A DNA stretch of 64,000 nucleotides from contig CAVYXJ010000007.1 of assembly GCA_963772455.1 (NCBI GenBank), positions 1 through 64,000 of the forward strand, written 5' to 3'. Shown piece after piece: positions 32,855 to 42,069 of the stretch. Under the pieces are notes generated by a model that was not told the DNA's origin, did not search any database, and worked only from the letters and a program-made list of their open reading frames with translations. Both the position numbers and the translations under genes were made by a program. Position 1 is the first letter of the stretch; the number at the start of each line of letters is the position of its first letter. The DNA is from Candidatus Bathyarchaeota archaeon. GTDB taxonomy: Archaea; Thermoproteota; Bathyarchaeia; Bathyarchaeales; Bathycorpusculaceae.

Positions 32855-33030
32855 AATATCCAATTCACTAAATTAATTCTAAGAAAAAAAACTATTTTTA
32901 CACCACCGCGGGTTTTTTAATTCCCGTGTTACTTTAGAAATTCTATTCCTTTTTCCAACCACATATAACTCTTCTAAAAAACAGAAAAACTTTATTTCCA
33001 AAGACACGAAAAGACAAAATGTGAAATAAC

Positions 33031-33528
33031 ATGTTGATTGGTGCAATTTCGGATTCGCATGATAATTTACCGCAAGTAGAAAAAGCTGTTCAAACTTTAA
33101 ACAATCAGAAAGTTGGTTTAGTGCTTCATGCCGGCGACTATGTATCTGGATTTGTAATTCCAAAATTTGAGGCTTTAAACTGCAAATTAATCGGTGTTTT
33201 TGGCAACAATGATGGTGACCATGAACTTTTAAAGAAACGTTTTGGCGAGACAAATAACTGTACAATCCACGACCGATTCACCACAGTGACTATAAAAGGC
33301 TACAGAATTGCCTTGCTCCATGGAAACGAAACTGAATTATTAAACGCTATAATCGACAGTGGATCCTTTGACGCAATAATTCATGGGCACTCACACAATT
33401 TGAGCATTGAGCGAAAAGGCAAAACATTATCAATAAACCCAGGGGAACTGTGCGGATACTTAACAACAAGATCCACCTTAGCTATTTTGGACACAGAAGA
33501 AAATGAAGCAATAATAATCGAATTATAA
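33031..33528 (+). CDS. Metallophosphoesterase, YfcE/MJ0936 family
   Basis: SDSH, HAGD, GNND, HG, HGHSH and NPG motifs. Confidence 0.92.
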   Translation: MLIGAISDSHDNLPQVEKAVQTLNNQKVGLVLHAGDYVSGFVIPKFEALNCKLIGVFGNNDGDHELLKKRFGETNNCTIHDRFTTVTIKGYRIALLHGNETELLNAIIDSGSFDAIIHGHSHNLSIERKGKTLSINPGELCGYLTTRSTLAILDTEENEAIIIEL

Positions 33529-33752
33529 TTCCTCTGCCAAAAGGCTATTTATACCAAAAAACCTACTTTCAACAATTTCAATGGTTCATTATCCATTGAG
33601 AACCAATTAAGCATCCTTTTTGTGTAAACATGCGTAGTAAACCCAATGCTCCCCTAAGAGAAAGTTGCATTCTTTTAGGCGATTACCTATAAATCAAGTC
33701 AACCGTTTGTGTCTTTTCGCTTACTGCCAAACACAAAGGAATTGAAGACATA

Positions 33753-34514
33753 TTGGACCAAAACACAAACAATGAACCTCCAGAATTTATTAAAGCAGCT
33801 ATGAAACTCAAAAATGCCGTAGCCTACGAAAGCACAGGTAAATATGAAAGCGCACTTATGTCCCTTGAAGAAGCTCTAGTTATCCAACCAAACTACATTG
33901 ACGCTTGGATCATAAAAGGAGTAATTTATGGCAAACTAGGCAAGTATAGTGAAGCAATCAAAAGCTATGACAGAATAATAGGAATTGATTCGAATTTTGC
34001 AGATGCTTACCGACTTAAAGCAGCTACATTTACCGCATTGAATCAGAATGAGAAAGCCGTTGAATGCTTCTCAAAAGCCGTAGAGTTGGACCCTGCAAAC
34101 TTGGAGTATAGATTAAGTTTAGCTATCGCTCTTCAAAGACTCAAAAAGTATGAAGATGCACTCAAATGCTATGAAGAAGCGAAAAAACAAAGACCAACCG
34201 ACTCCAGATTCGACTACTACATTGGACTTATGTGGGGAAACCTGGCAGATTACCAAAAAGCGCTAGTTTCTTTTGAGCAAGCATTGCGACTTAACCCTGA
34301 TTTCACTGATGCACTACTTGGAAAAGGAATAATGCTTGCAAGGCTTAACAGAAAAGAAGAAGCAAAAGAATGCGCCGACAAACTATTAGAAAAAAAAGGA
34401 ACACAAGAAAAACAACAGACCATGATATCTCAATCTGAAAATGAATCCATTCGTAATGAATTTAACGCTGCCCAAAAAAGGTTCAAAACCAAATACTCTT
34501 CAAATTCAAGTTAA
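33753..34514 (+). CDS. Tetratricopeptide repeat protein
   Basis: About six 34-aa TPR repeats. Confidence 0.9.
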   Translation: MDQNTNNEPPEFIKAAMKLKNAVAYESTGKYESALMSLEEALVIQPNYIDAWIIKGVIYGKLGKYSEAIKSYDRIIGIDSNFADAYRLKAATFTALNQNEKAVECFSKAVELDPANLEYRLSLAIALQRLKKYEDALKCYEEAKKQRPTDSRFDYYIGLMWGNLADYQKALVSFEQALRLNPDFTDALLGKGIMLARLNRKEEAKECADKLLEKKGTQEKQQTMISQSENESIRNEFNAAQKRFKTKYSSNSS

Positions 34515-34542
34515 TTGAAAACGCTAAACAAACCGACCTAAT

Positions 34543-35481
34543 CTATTGGAGGCCTTTATTGTAAGGCTCTCTTAGCAAGTTGGCTTTAACAAATATCTGT
34601 TTTAGTTCCTCATCGTTCGCTCCTTTGCGAATTGGCGTCAAAATATCAGTTAGATTGTCATTTCTCATCAGGCAGGGCTTAAGTTTGCCATCGCTTGTAA
34701 CGCGAAGTCGAGTGCAATGCATGCAGAAATCAGTATTTTCTATAGGTTTTACAACTTCAACAGTCGCATTTGGCAAATGGTAAATTAGACGGTTGTGCAT
34801 CTGGGGGCGTCTTTCGATTGAGATGGCTTTTTCTCGTAGCATATCTTCTTGTTCGTCGAGGCTTCGGTGGTGTTCGTTGTAGTATTTATCGCCGACGTTT
34901 ACAGGGTCAAGCTCGATAAGTTGTAACACTACGCCTGTTTTTCCCGCGTACTCTATTAAGTCTGGCACGTCACCAACGTTAACGTCTTTTAGAATAACCA
35001 TGTTAAGCTTAACTGGACAAAAACCAGCTTCAATAGCAGCTTTAACACCCTCCAATGCAGCTTCTAATTTTCCACCAGTCAACTTATGATAAGTATCTGG
35101 GTTAAGCGAAGGTAAACTAATATTTACACGCTTGAGCCCGCAGTCACGTAGCTTCTTGGCCATGCCATCTCCAAGCAACAACCCATTAGTTGTCAATGAT
35201 AGATCCTTTAAACCTGAAACCGCACCTATACCCGAAACGATTTCCGGCAGGTCCTTGCGCATGAGCGGTTCCCCGCCAGTCAACTTCACCCGCGAAATGC
35301 CTAAACCGATCGCTATTTTGGCAATATGAACAATTTCTTCAACCGACATTAACTCTGCTGAACGATTTGCCCGTTGCACTTCGCCCTCTCTGTGACAATA
35401 AGCACAGCGATTGTTACATCGTTGGGTAATTGAAATTCGCAGGTTAAGCAGTGGTCGACCACAATTGTCCATTAAATTCAT
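34543..35481 (-). CDS. moaA: GTP 3',8-cyclase
   Basis: LRISITQRCNNRCAYC, TGGEP and FCMHCTRLRVTSDGKLKPCL motifs. Confidence 0.95.
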   Translation of the reverse strand: MNLMDNCGRPLLNLRISITQRCNNRCAYCHREGEVQRANRSAELMSVEEIVHIAKIAIGLGISRVKLTGGEPLMRKDLPEIVSGIGAVSGLKDLSLTTNGLLLGDGMAKKLRDCGLKRVNISLPSLNPDTYHKLTGGKLEAALEGVKAAIEAGFCPVKLNMVILKDVNVGDVPDLIEYAGKTGVVLQLIELDPVNVGDKYYNEHHRSLDEQEDMLREKAISIERRPQMHNRLIYHLPNATVEVVKPIENTDFCMHCTRLRVTSDGKLKPCLMRNDNLTDILTPIRKGANDEELKQIFVKANLLREPYNKGLQ

Positions 35482-35483
35482 CG

Positions 35484-36017
35484 TTATTCACGTGCGTGCT
35501 TAACGATGTGAGAAGCCTCGGGCAAAATAAGCATTTCGAGAGCAGTCTTCACAGCGTCAGGTGAACCTGGAATGCAAAAGAACACACGACCTTTAGCAAC
35601 CCCAGCTACCGCACGGGATAGAACCGCAGCTGAACCTACATGGTCAAAGCTTATTCTGCGGAAAAACTCGCCGAATCCCGGCAACGTTTTCTCAAGGAAC
35701 GGTGTCACCGTCTCAATTGTGATGTCGGTAGGGGTAATGCCTGTACCTCCTGAAAAGATGACTACATCCAAATTTTCCAAGCCCAACCCAAACATCGCTG
35801 CATCTTGAATCATAGTTTCATCGTCAGCGATAATCTTTTTAAAAAGGACCTTCTGACCTGCTTTCTCAATCAATTCCACTAACAGATCGCCACCTATGTC
35901 GCTGACTTCTTTTTCACCGGCTTCAATTTTGTTGTAGCGTGAAGTGCTGCAAATAAAAACTCCGAAATTCAATGTTTTAGGGGCTTTTAATTTATGTGAT
36001 TTAGAACTTTCGCTCAT
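35484..36017 (-). CDS. moaB: Molybdopterin adenylyltransferase, MoaB/MogA family
   Basis: GGTGITPTDIT, LPGFGE, LSRAVAG and PGSP motifs. Confidence 0.92.
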   Translation of the reverse strand: MSESSKSHKLKAPKTLNFGVFICSTSRYNKIEAGEKEVSDIGGDLLVELIEKAGQKVLFKKIIADDETMIQDAAMFGLGLENLDVVIFSGGTGITPTDITIETVTPFLEKTLPGFGEFFRRISFDHVGSAAVLSRAVAGVAKGRVFFCIPGSPDAVKTALEMLILPEASHIVKHARE

Positions 36018-36020
36018 TGA

Positions 36021-36482
36021 TTATGCCTGCTTATATTTTTTAACTACGTGAATATTTTCAATTGCCGTCGAAGGATACTGACCTCCGGCATCTTTTTCAT
36101 ATTGTTTGGTCATGTCCCAAACAGTCAGCAATGCCATGGAAACAGCGGTTAATGCTTCCATCTCAACACCAGTCTGGGCTCTGGTTTTAACCGTAGCTGA
36201 AGCTGTTACTGTGTGTTCATCCTCTACTTTCACTTCTACTTCAACATTAGTTAACGGCAATGGATGACAAAGGGGAATCAAATCGCTAGTTCTTTTAGCC
36301 GCCAATACACCTGCAATCTTTGCCGTATAGAGAGGGTCACCTTTAGCTATTTTTCCATCCTGAACCAAACGAATCGTCTCTGTCTTCAACTTTATCGAGC
36401 CAGTCGCGGTTGCTTCTCTAAAGACCTCCGCTTTGCGTGAAACATCAACCATAGCCAATTTTAAATCAACTCTATTTATCAT
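36021..36482 (-). CDS. moaC: Cyclic pyranopterin monophosphate synthase
   Basis: MVDVS.K, LIPLCHPL, TGVEMEALT and WDMTK motifs. Confidence 0.95.
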   Translation of the reverse strand: MINRVDLKLAMVDVSRKAEVFREATATGSIKLKTETIRLVQDGKIAKGDPLYTAKIAGVLAAKRTSDLIPLCHPLPLTNVEVEVKVEDEHTVTASATVKTRAQTGVEMEALTAVSMALLTVWDMTKQYEKDAGGQYPSTAIENIHVVKKYKQA

Positions 36483-36738
36483 GTTCCCAAGCGTCTATTA
36501 GGTTTTGCACTGCTTTAGCCTTTACTGAGCCTTCATTAAACCTATACATTCGAACTCGACCATATTTGTACTCGCGTAAAATTCCTTCAGACTCAAGAAC
36601 CTTTAAGTGGCCAGAGGTCGAGGCAAAATTGAGTTTTAAGCGCCTAGCAACGTCGGAGACGTTAAGTTGTCCCAGTTGGTAGATGAGTTTTAGGATTTTC
36701 ATTCGGGATTTCGAAGAGAAGACTTCTTCCAGCTCCAT
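36472..36738 (-). CDS. ArsR-like winged-helix protein
   Basis: SRMKILKL...LNVSDVAR...HLKVLE..GIL wHTH pattern. Confidence 0.85.
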   Translation of the reverse strand: MELEEVFSSKSRMKILKLIYQLGQLNVSDVARRLKLNFASTSGHLKVLESEGILREYKYGRVRMYRFNEGSVKAKAVQNLIDAWEHDK

Positions 36739-36739
36739 G

Positions 36740-37930
36740 CTAAGCCCGTCCTTTTTCTGCTTGCAAACTCGCAGATAATTCCTTCTCTAATTCACCTGCA
36801 GGTATGGCTGGCAGGGAAATCCTTGTTGTTCGTCCACGCGTCTCTGCTGTTGTAACCTCAGTTTTTAAAATACCAAGCTTCGAGAGATACTGTGCGTAAT
36901 TCCAAATTTGGGTGTGACCGTTGGGTTTCTCATCGAATTCTTCGCAGGCAACCGCGTAGTCTTTTTCAGTTTCAGATAAAGAAACGTAAGCCTGCTCGTT
37001 TTCCTTGAAGAAACGTGCGACTGCAAGCAGGAACAATTTTTCATGCAGACCCAGAGAAGCCAGCTCGCTTCGACGTAAACTAGGAATAATACTTGAAACC
37101 GCTATCCGCACAAATTCTGGTCCCACACAACCGGCATCTTCAGCATCTGCGTATTTGCCCGATCGCCACAACAACTCAATCCCAAACCTAGCGTTCCCTG
37201 TTTCAGAGAAAGCCAACTCCGAAATCAAATCAACAACATCCTCAGGCACTGTGCCAAGTTCGAAAGCCATTGCAACGCGGTCATTTAGGATGTCAACAAG
37301 CTGAGATTTGCCATACCGATCTAAACAAATGATGCTGCGTTGCAGAGTGCTTCTGGCGCTCTCATCAAGCTGCTCAATCGCTTTCAAGTCACGCATAATA
37401 AAAATAAACGATAACCGCTGGGGTTTGCCTTGCCGCATCTCCTGCAACCGCGTCAATTTGTAAACAGCATCTGAACCTTCCTTCTCAATTAAAGCATCAA
37501 ACTCGTCAAGAGTAAGAATCATTTGTGCGTTTTCTTCATCCAAAACCTGCATCAATGTTCCAAGGATTTCTTCAGAGCCATATCCTCGGGATGGATAGTT
37601 TGGGCGAAAAACAGTGACAGCTCGATGCAAGATTGGCGAGAGACTCCCACGGTACTCGCGGCAATTAACGTGGACATAACGGAATTTCATGCCCCGCTTG
37701 TTGGCTTCGGATGTGATGCTTGAGCCAAAGTGTTGAGCAAGAGCAGTTTTTCCTGTTCCAACATCACCAGTCAAAATGACTCGCTGAGCCATTTTTTCAG
37801 GACACCTCAAGATAAAGTTGAAGAATTCCGATAGGAGTCGATGTTGCGTTTCGCGATGAGGCAACTTGTGTGGAATGTAGTTTATGTCAAGTTTGGATTC
37901 GTCTTTGAAAACGCTTTGTTGCGGAGCCAC
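36740..37930 (-). CDS. cdc6: Orc1/Cdc6 replication initiator family protein
   Basis: YIPHKLPHRE, GDVGTGKT, VNC, LDEFD and GNAR motifs; C-terminal wH with RGRT. Confidence 0.93.
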   Translation of the reverse strand: MAPQQSVFKDESKLDINYIPHKLPHRETQHRLLSEFFNFILRCPEKMAQRVILTGDVGTGKTALAQHFGSSITSEANKRGMKFRYVHVNCREYRGSLSPILHRAVTVFRPNYPSRGYGSEEILGTLMQVLDEENAQMILTLDEFDALIEKEGSDAVYKLTRLQEMRQGKPQRLSFIFIMRDLKAIEQLDESARSTLQRSIICLDRYGKSQLVDILNDRVAMAFELGTVPEDVVDLISELAFSETGNARFGIELLWRSGKYADAEDAGCVGPEFVRIAVSSIIPSLRRSELASLGLHEKLFLLAVARFFKENEQAYVSLSETEKDYAVACEEFDEKPNGHTQIWNYAQYLSKLGILKTEVTTAETRGRTTRISLPAIPAGELEKELSASLQAEKGRA

Positions 37931-38032
37931 TTACATTCCTCAAGATACAGTGTATTGTTTTTTGGGTAATATTATGTTTTAAAACAAAAGCCTAATAAAT
38001 ACATTCAGCAATCTCTATTTTCCGACACCGAA

Positions 38033-38599
38033 ATGATACCAAGATACTTCTTTTTCACTAAAGGAGTTGGCAAACATAAAGAGCAACTCCAATCTTTCGA
38101 ATTAGCCCTGCGAGATGCAGGCATACAAATGTGCAACTTGGTTGCTGTATCAAGCATTGTCCCCCCTGGATGCGAATTACTCACACGGGAAAAAGGCTTA
38201 AAGATGATCCAACCCGGCGAAATCACCTTTGTCGTTATCGCCCGTAACGCAACCAATGAACCCCACAGGCTCGTCGCATCTTCAGTCGGCGTCGCTATTC
38301 CCTCAGGCAAAAACCAATATGGTTACCTCTCAGAACACCACTCCAATGGACAAACCGACGAAACCGCGGGCGACTATGCAGAAGACTTAGCAGCAACCAT
38401 GCTGGCAACAACCATGGGTATTCAATTCGATCCTGAAACTGCATGGGACGAACGCAAACAACTTTTCAAAACCACTGGGCTAATCATCAAAACAGCTAAC
38501 ATAACCCAATCCGCAGCAGGCGACAAAAACGGCTTATGGACCACCACTGTAGCAGCAGCAGTTTTTGTTCCGGCAGAAAACAACAAACTAAAAGAATAA
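38033..38599 (+). CDS. pdaD: Pyruvoyl-dependent arginine decarboxylase
   Basis: [23 protein letters not shown] self-cleavage motif; GYLSEHH; [10 protein letters not shown]. Confidence 0.92.
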   Translation: MIPRYFFFTKGVGKHKEQLQSFELALRDAGIQMCNLVAVSSIVPPGCELLTREKGLKMIQPGEITFVVIARNATNEPHRLVASSVGVAIPSGKNQYGYLSEHHSNGQTDETAGDYAEDLAATMLATTMGIQFDPETAWDERKQLFKTTGLIIKTANITQSAAGDKNGLWTTTVAAAVFVPAENNKLKE

Positions 38600-38822
38600 T
38601 CAAACAAAAGGCAAGGCAATTTTTTCGTAGATCTTGCATATTTTTTGACATTAAGTGATATTGATTTTTTAAAACAATCGTCAGCCATTGAAACGCTTAC
38701 CGTAGAAACTTCTTATCCATCCTCAAGCAATAAGACCAAACGAGGAAGCAAAAATTAGCGAAACCATAGAGTTCCCGAAGAAACTTGTTATATACGGTAA
38801 CTTTGCTGTTGCTCTGTGGATT

Positions 38823-39200
38823 GTGTTAGATATCATAGGTTTTCTTCTGTTTGACATCGTGGCCAGCGTATTATTTCTCTTGGTTGTAGTAATCGGCATT
38901 TATGGCATCCTAAAATTCCTCGGTTGCCTTAGACCCTGTTACAACTGCAAAAAATGCACATTTGGCATGGGCAGAATAGCTGTATTATATTTTGGGAAAC
39001 GAAGCCTCAAAGACTATACAAAAACATATGGTTTACTAGTAGCTATCTTCTTCTACATTCTGTTGGGTCCATTTCCAGCAGCAGTATCATTCTTTTCCTC
39101 TGTTCAATCGTTTACGATTCTAAAAGTTGGGGTTCTTGCTGGACAACTGTTGATTTCAGTTTATAGCGCATTAACTTGGCGAACAATCAACAAATCGTAA
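38823..39200 (+). CDS. Small membrane protein with Cys cluster
   Basis: Three hydrophobic segments and CLRPCYNCKKC. Confidence 0.65.
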   Translation: MLDIIGFLLFDIVASVLFLLVVVIGIYGILKFLGCLRPCYNCKKCTFGMGRIAVLYFGKRSLKDYTKTYGLLVAIFFYILLGPFPAAVSFFSSVQSFTILKVGVLAGQLLISVYSALTWRTINKS

Positions 39201-39216
39201 ACTTTGAATTAAGCCT

Positions 39217-39996
39217 CTATTGGAAGAACTGCTCCAACTTTGAGGTCTCGGTCTTCTTAAGCACTTCAGCACAGACTTTTGGATCCAGCGCCTTATATTC
39301 CAAACCAAGCGTAGCAAGCAACCTTTGGACATCCTTACCCAAACTAGGTGCAACCAACACAGCCCTGACCTCCCTGTTAACTTTAGCTTTGATAGGTTCA
39401 ACATATTTAGCCAACTGAAGGGCAGCCTCTTTGGATGCTGTTTTACGCTTAACTTCCACTATAACGAGTTTGCCGTTTTTATCTTCTCCATAGATATCCA
39501 CAAAGCCAGGCTCAACTTTTTTCTCCCAACTAATCGGCTTAAAGCCTTCTTCAAGAAGTTCAGGTTTAAGAAGAATCGCACGGTGCATATCATCCTCACT
39601 AGCATTTAAGAGAAATTCCCCTGAATCCAGCAGGTTAAGCGAAGAAACCATGAAAACATTGGCGAAGGTCACGCGAACAATTTCACGTGGCTTCTGGCGA
39701 ACTCCATGAACTTCAAGTCCGTCGGACTTGATTTCGACATGGAAGATGCCGCCTGAGGGTTGCCAGTTAACTGGTTCATAACCTACTGGTCGATGGACCA
39801 AGAGTGAGCCGTCGGATTTGATGATAAGGAGACGTTCGCCTTGTTCCAGCGTTGAAGTTGCTCTACCAACGTAGTGCACATGACATGTGCCTGCGACAAC
39901 TAAGGTTCTTCGCTGGGCAAAAGCCTTCTCAATTAGTACTGCGGCTTCTGCTAATGTAGGTTCCGTTAAGACCGCGAGTTTGTTTGGATGTTGCAT
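39217..39996 (-). CDS. nucS: Mismatch-specific endonuclease NucS/EndoMS
   Basis: C.V.Y.GRA.S.L..G.RLLIIK.DGS.LVH, PVNWQP, GFVDI, EVKR and QL.KY motifs. Start placed at MQHPNK (39996) to avoid overlap with the divergent gene. Confidence 0.93.
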   Translation of the reverse strand: MQHPNKLAVLTEPTLAEAAVLIEKAFAQRRTLVVAGTCHVHYVGRATSTLEQGERLLIIKSDGSLLVHRPVGYEPVNWQPSGGIFHVEIKSDGLEVHGVRQKPREIVRVTFANVFMVSSLNLLDSGEFLLNASEDDMHRAILLKPELLEEGFKPISWEKKVEPGFVDIYGEDKNGKLVIVEVKRKTASKEAALQLAKYVEPIKAKVNREVRAVLVAPSLGKDVQRLLATLGLEYKALDPKVCAEVLKKTETSKLEQFFQ

Positions 39997-40058
39997 TCTG
40001 TTTTCGCCAACTATTTTAGGCAGGCATTGGGTACATAAGAATTCTTGAAGGATTAGCA

Positions 40059-40607
40059 TTGGCTGATTGGAAAGATAAGCGCAAAATAATGCAGCGTTAT
40101 GATGTAACGGCTGAAATGTACGATGAGCGCTATGCACAAGAGCAGCAAAGAAAGTACAAAAAAGCCTTGGAAAACGTCTATGTGTCTGGCAAGACAGTTT
40201 TGGATGTTGGTTGTGGTTCAGGATTGTTCTTTAAAGAAGTTGCAACTCAAGCAAGTTTGGTTATAGGCGTTGATGTTTCACTTAAACTGCTTCTTAAAGC
40301 CAAAGAGCAAGGCAGAGCTTTTTCAAACGTTGCAGTTTTGCAGGCCGACGCTGACCACTTGCCATTTAGGGATGGATTGTTTGGAGCTGTTTTTGCTTTT
40401 ACGGTGCTCCAGAATGTGCCCAAACCAGCTCAAACCTTAAAAGAGCTAAAGCGAGTTGTCCAAAAAGGCGAAAAGATTGTGGCGACGGGACTTAAAAAGG
40501 CGTTTCCGCTTAATTCTTTTATCGATTTTCTTGATGATTCAGGTTTGATCGTGACTGCTTTTGTGGATGATGAAGCGATTAATTGTTATATCGCAATTTT
40601 AGTATAG
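40059..40607 (+). CDS. Class I SAM-dependent methyltransferase
   Basis: VLDVGCGSG, GVDVS and ADADHLPF motifs. Confidence 0.9.
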   Translation: MADWKDKRKIMQRYDVTAEMYDERYAQEQQRKYKKALENVYVSGKTVLDVGCGSGLFFKEVATQASLVIGVDVSLKLLLKAKEQGRAFSNVAVLQADADHLPFRDGLFGAVFAFTVLQNVPKPAQTLKELKRVVQKGEKIVATGLKKAFPLNSFIDFLDDSGLIVTAFVDDEAINCYIAILV

Positions 40608-40624
40608 TTATTTCTTCCCAAGCA

Positions 40625-41275
40625 CTAGTTTTCTTCAGGTTCGGTCTCGTCTTGCTCAGGTTTTGGTTCAGCTGCTTCTTCAGTTTGTTTTTCAGCTGAA
40701 AGCAACATATCGATTAAGGCTTTCTGGTCAACCTCTGCTCTCGTTCTCCAATCCAAGAACAATTGTCCCTTCTCATCTTGCATTAGATAGCCATAGCGAA
40801 TATAGCGGTCAAGGTTTAGTCCAATTTTCCAATTCGGCATCTTCTCTCCCAGCATTTTTTCAACATCTTTTCGTGCCGTTTGCCCTTTTTTACTAATGAT
40901 AAAAGAAATAGTTATTGCTAAACCTGCTAAATCGTCAATACGCCAACCCATCAACTTATCCTTAACTACCGAACCAGTGGATAATGCAACAAAGAATCTT
41001 GCTTTATCAAGCTCTTCGATTGTTGGTTTTTCAGGAGTTTTTTCTTCTTCAAAAACTGTTTTTACCTGCAAATCCAGAGGTTTCAGATAATCTTCAAGTA
41101 AATCGAGCACTTTGGGATAATCTGAACCCAACGCCTTACGCAATTCCCAGCCTTTTACACCGGGTTTTTGATGTCGCTTGTAGAAGAGCATCTGGGTTGC
41201 TTTCTTGACTTTGCTGCTGTAGACGCCTTTTTTCTTGCTGCTCAAATTTGTTCTCCTCGTTTCCATTTTTGCCAA
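40625..41275 (-). CDS. Tandem winged-helix KITE-like subunit (ScpB/Nse1/Nse3-like)
   Basis: Third gene of the SMC operon. Two wH-like halves with MAGE/Nse-like patterns (MLFYKRHQKPGVKGWEL...; LDRYIRYGYL...DWRTRAE). Confidence 0.55.
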   Translation of the reverse strand: MAKMETRRTNLSSKKKGVYSSKVKKATQMLFYKRHQKPGVKGWELRKALGSDYPKVLDLLEDYLKPLDLQVKTVFEEEKTPEKPTIEELDKARFFVALSTGSVVKDKLMGWRIDDLAGLAITISFIISKKGQTARKDVEKMLGEKMPNWKIGLNLDRYIRYGYLMQDEKGQLFLDWRTRAEVDQKALIDMLLSAEKQTEEAAEPKPEQDETEPEEN

Positions 41276-42069
41276 TCTTCAACCGATACCGCTAACGCAA
41301 CAGAGGTAGACTGCTCTGTTAATGCTTCTTTGCGGGGTTTATCAAATGGCAGGATGAAGACTGTTTCTTCTAATCGGTCAATCTCCAATGTCGCGTAACC
41401 ATAAGTAATTAAGAAGCTAGTCAAGAATGCGCGTTGCACTGTTTCATCGTATGTGTCTGAGCCGATGAAATTCCAATATGCAATCTTGCCATCTACGCCT
41501 TTTTCAAAAGTTTTGTTTTTCAATTCTTGCCAGTAACATTCCAGTTCCTCAGAAAATTCTTTCTCTCCTAAAACTCGTTGCTTGACAAGTTCACCTCGAC
41601 TAACAGAGCCCATTGCAACTTCTAAGACATCTATGTCTTTCCATCTGTCACCCATAGGAGCCAACGCATTCCAATACAGCAAGCCCTGCGCCAAGCTGTG
41701 AAGGCTAAGTTGCTCAAACTCAATAAGTGGACTCCAAGCACCTAGAAAAACATCAACCATCCCTTGTTTGCTAGTCTGGCGGATTTTCTCTTCCAACAAG
41801 AAAGGATCAGTGTAAAGAGAGTTAGATCTCTGTTTGACCCATTCACTTTGCATCTTTATTACTGAAGCTAAGTGGTGTAAAGCTTCAGCGTCAAGTTTTA
41901 GTTCATCAGGGTTTTCCCAATTCGGAAAATAATCCCTAACTATCTTAATAATTTCGTCAACATTTAATGTGAAGGGTTCAACTGTATGGTTTTCGATGGC
42001 TAAGCACATTTCAATAATGCGTTCCAGCTTTTCTTTTCCTAGCTTCTTATCATGTTTAGTTGTCTGCAT
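41242..42069 (-). CDS. Kleisin-like subunit (ScpA/Nse4-like)
   Basis: Coupled to smc via a TAATG overlap. N-terminal EPFTLNV...LHHLASVIKMQS and C-terminal RAFLTSFLITYGY resemble the ScpA N- and C-terminal domains. Confidence 0.6.
   Translation of the reverse strand: MQTTKHDKKLGKEKLERIIEMCLAIENHTVEPFTLNVDEIIKIVRDYFPNWENPDELKLDAEALHHLASVIKMQSEWVKQRSNSLYTDPFLLEEKIRQTSKQGMVDVFLGAWSPLIEFEQLSLHSLAQGLLYWNALAPMGDRWKDIDVLEVAMGSVSRGELVKQRVLGEKEFSEELECYWQELKNKTFEKGVDGKIAYWNFIGSDTYDETVQRAFLTSFLITYGYATLEIDRLEETVFILPFDKPRKEALTEQSTSVALAVSVEDWQKWKRGEQI

Noticed and set aside
37931-38032. Replication origin next to cdc6
   Set aside because: Only about 100 bp with divergent promoters. No ORB-like TTCCA..GGAAA/G-string repeats were seen.
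39997-40137. 47-aa N-terminal extension of NucS in the ORF track
   Set aside because: It overlaps the divergent methyltransferase. NucS-like sequence begins after the ATG at 39996.
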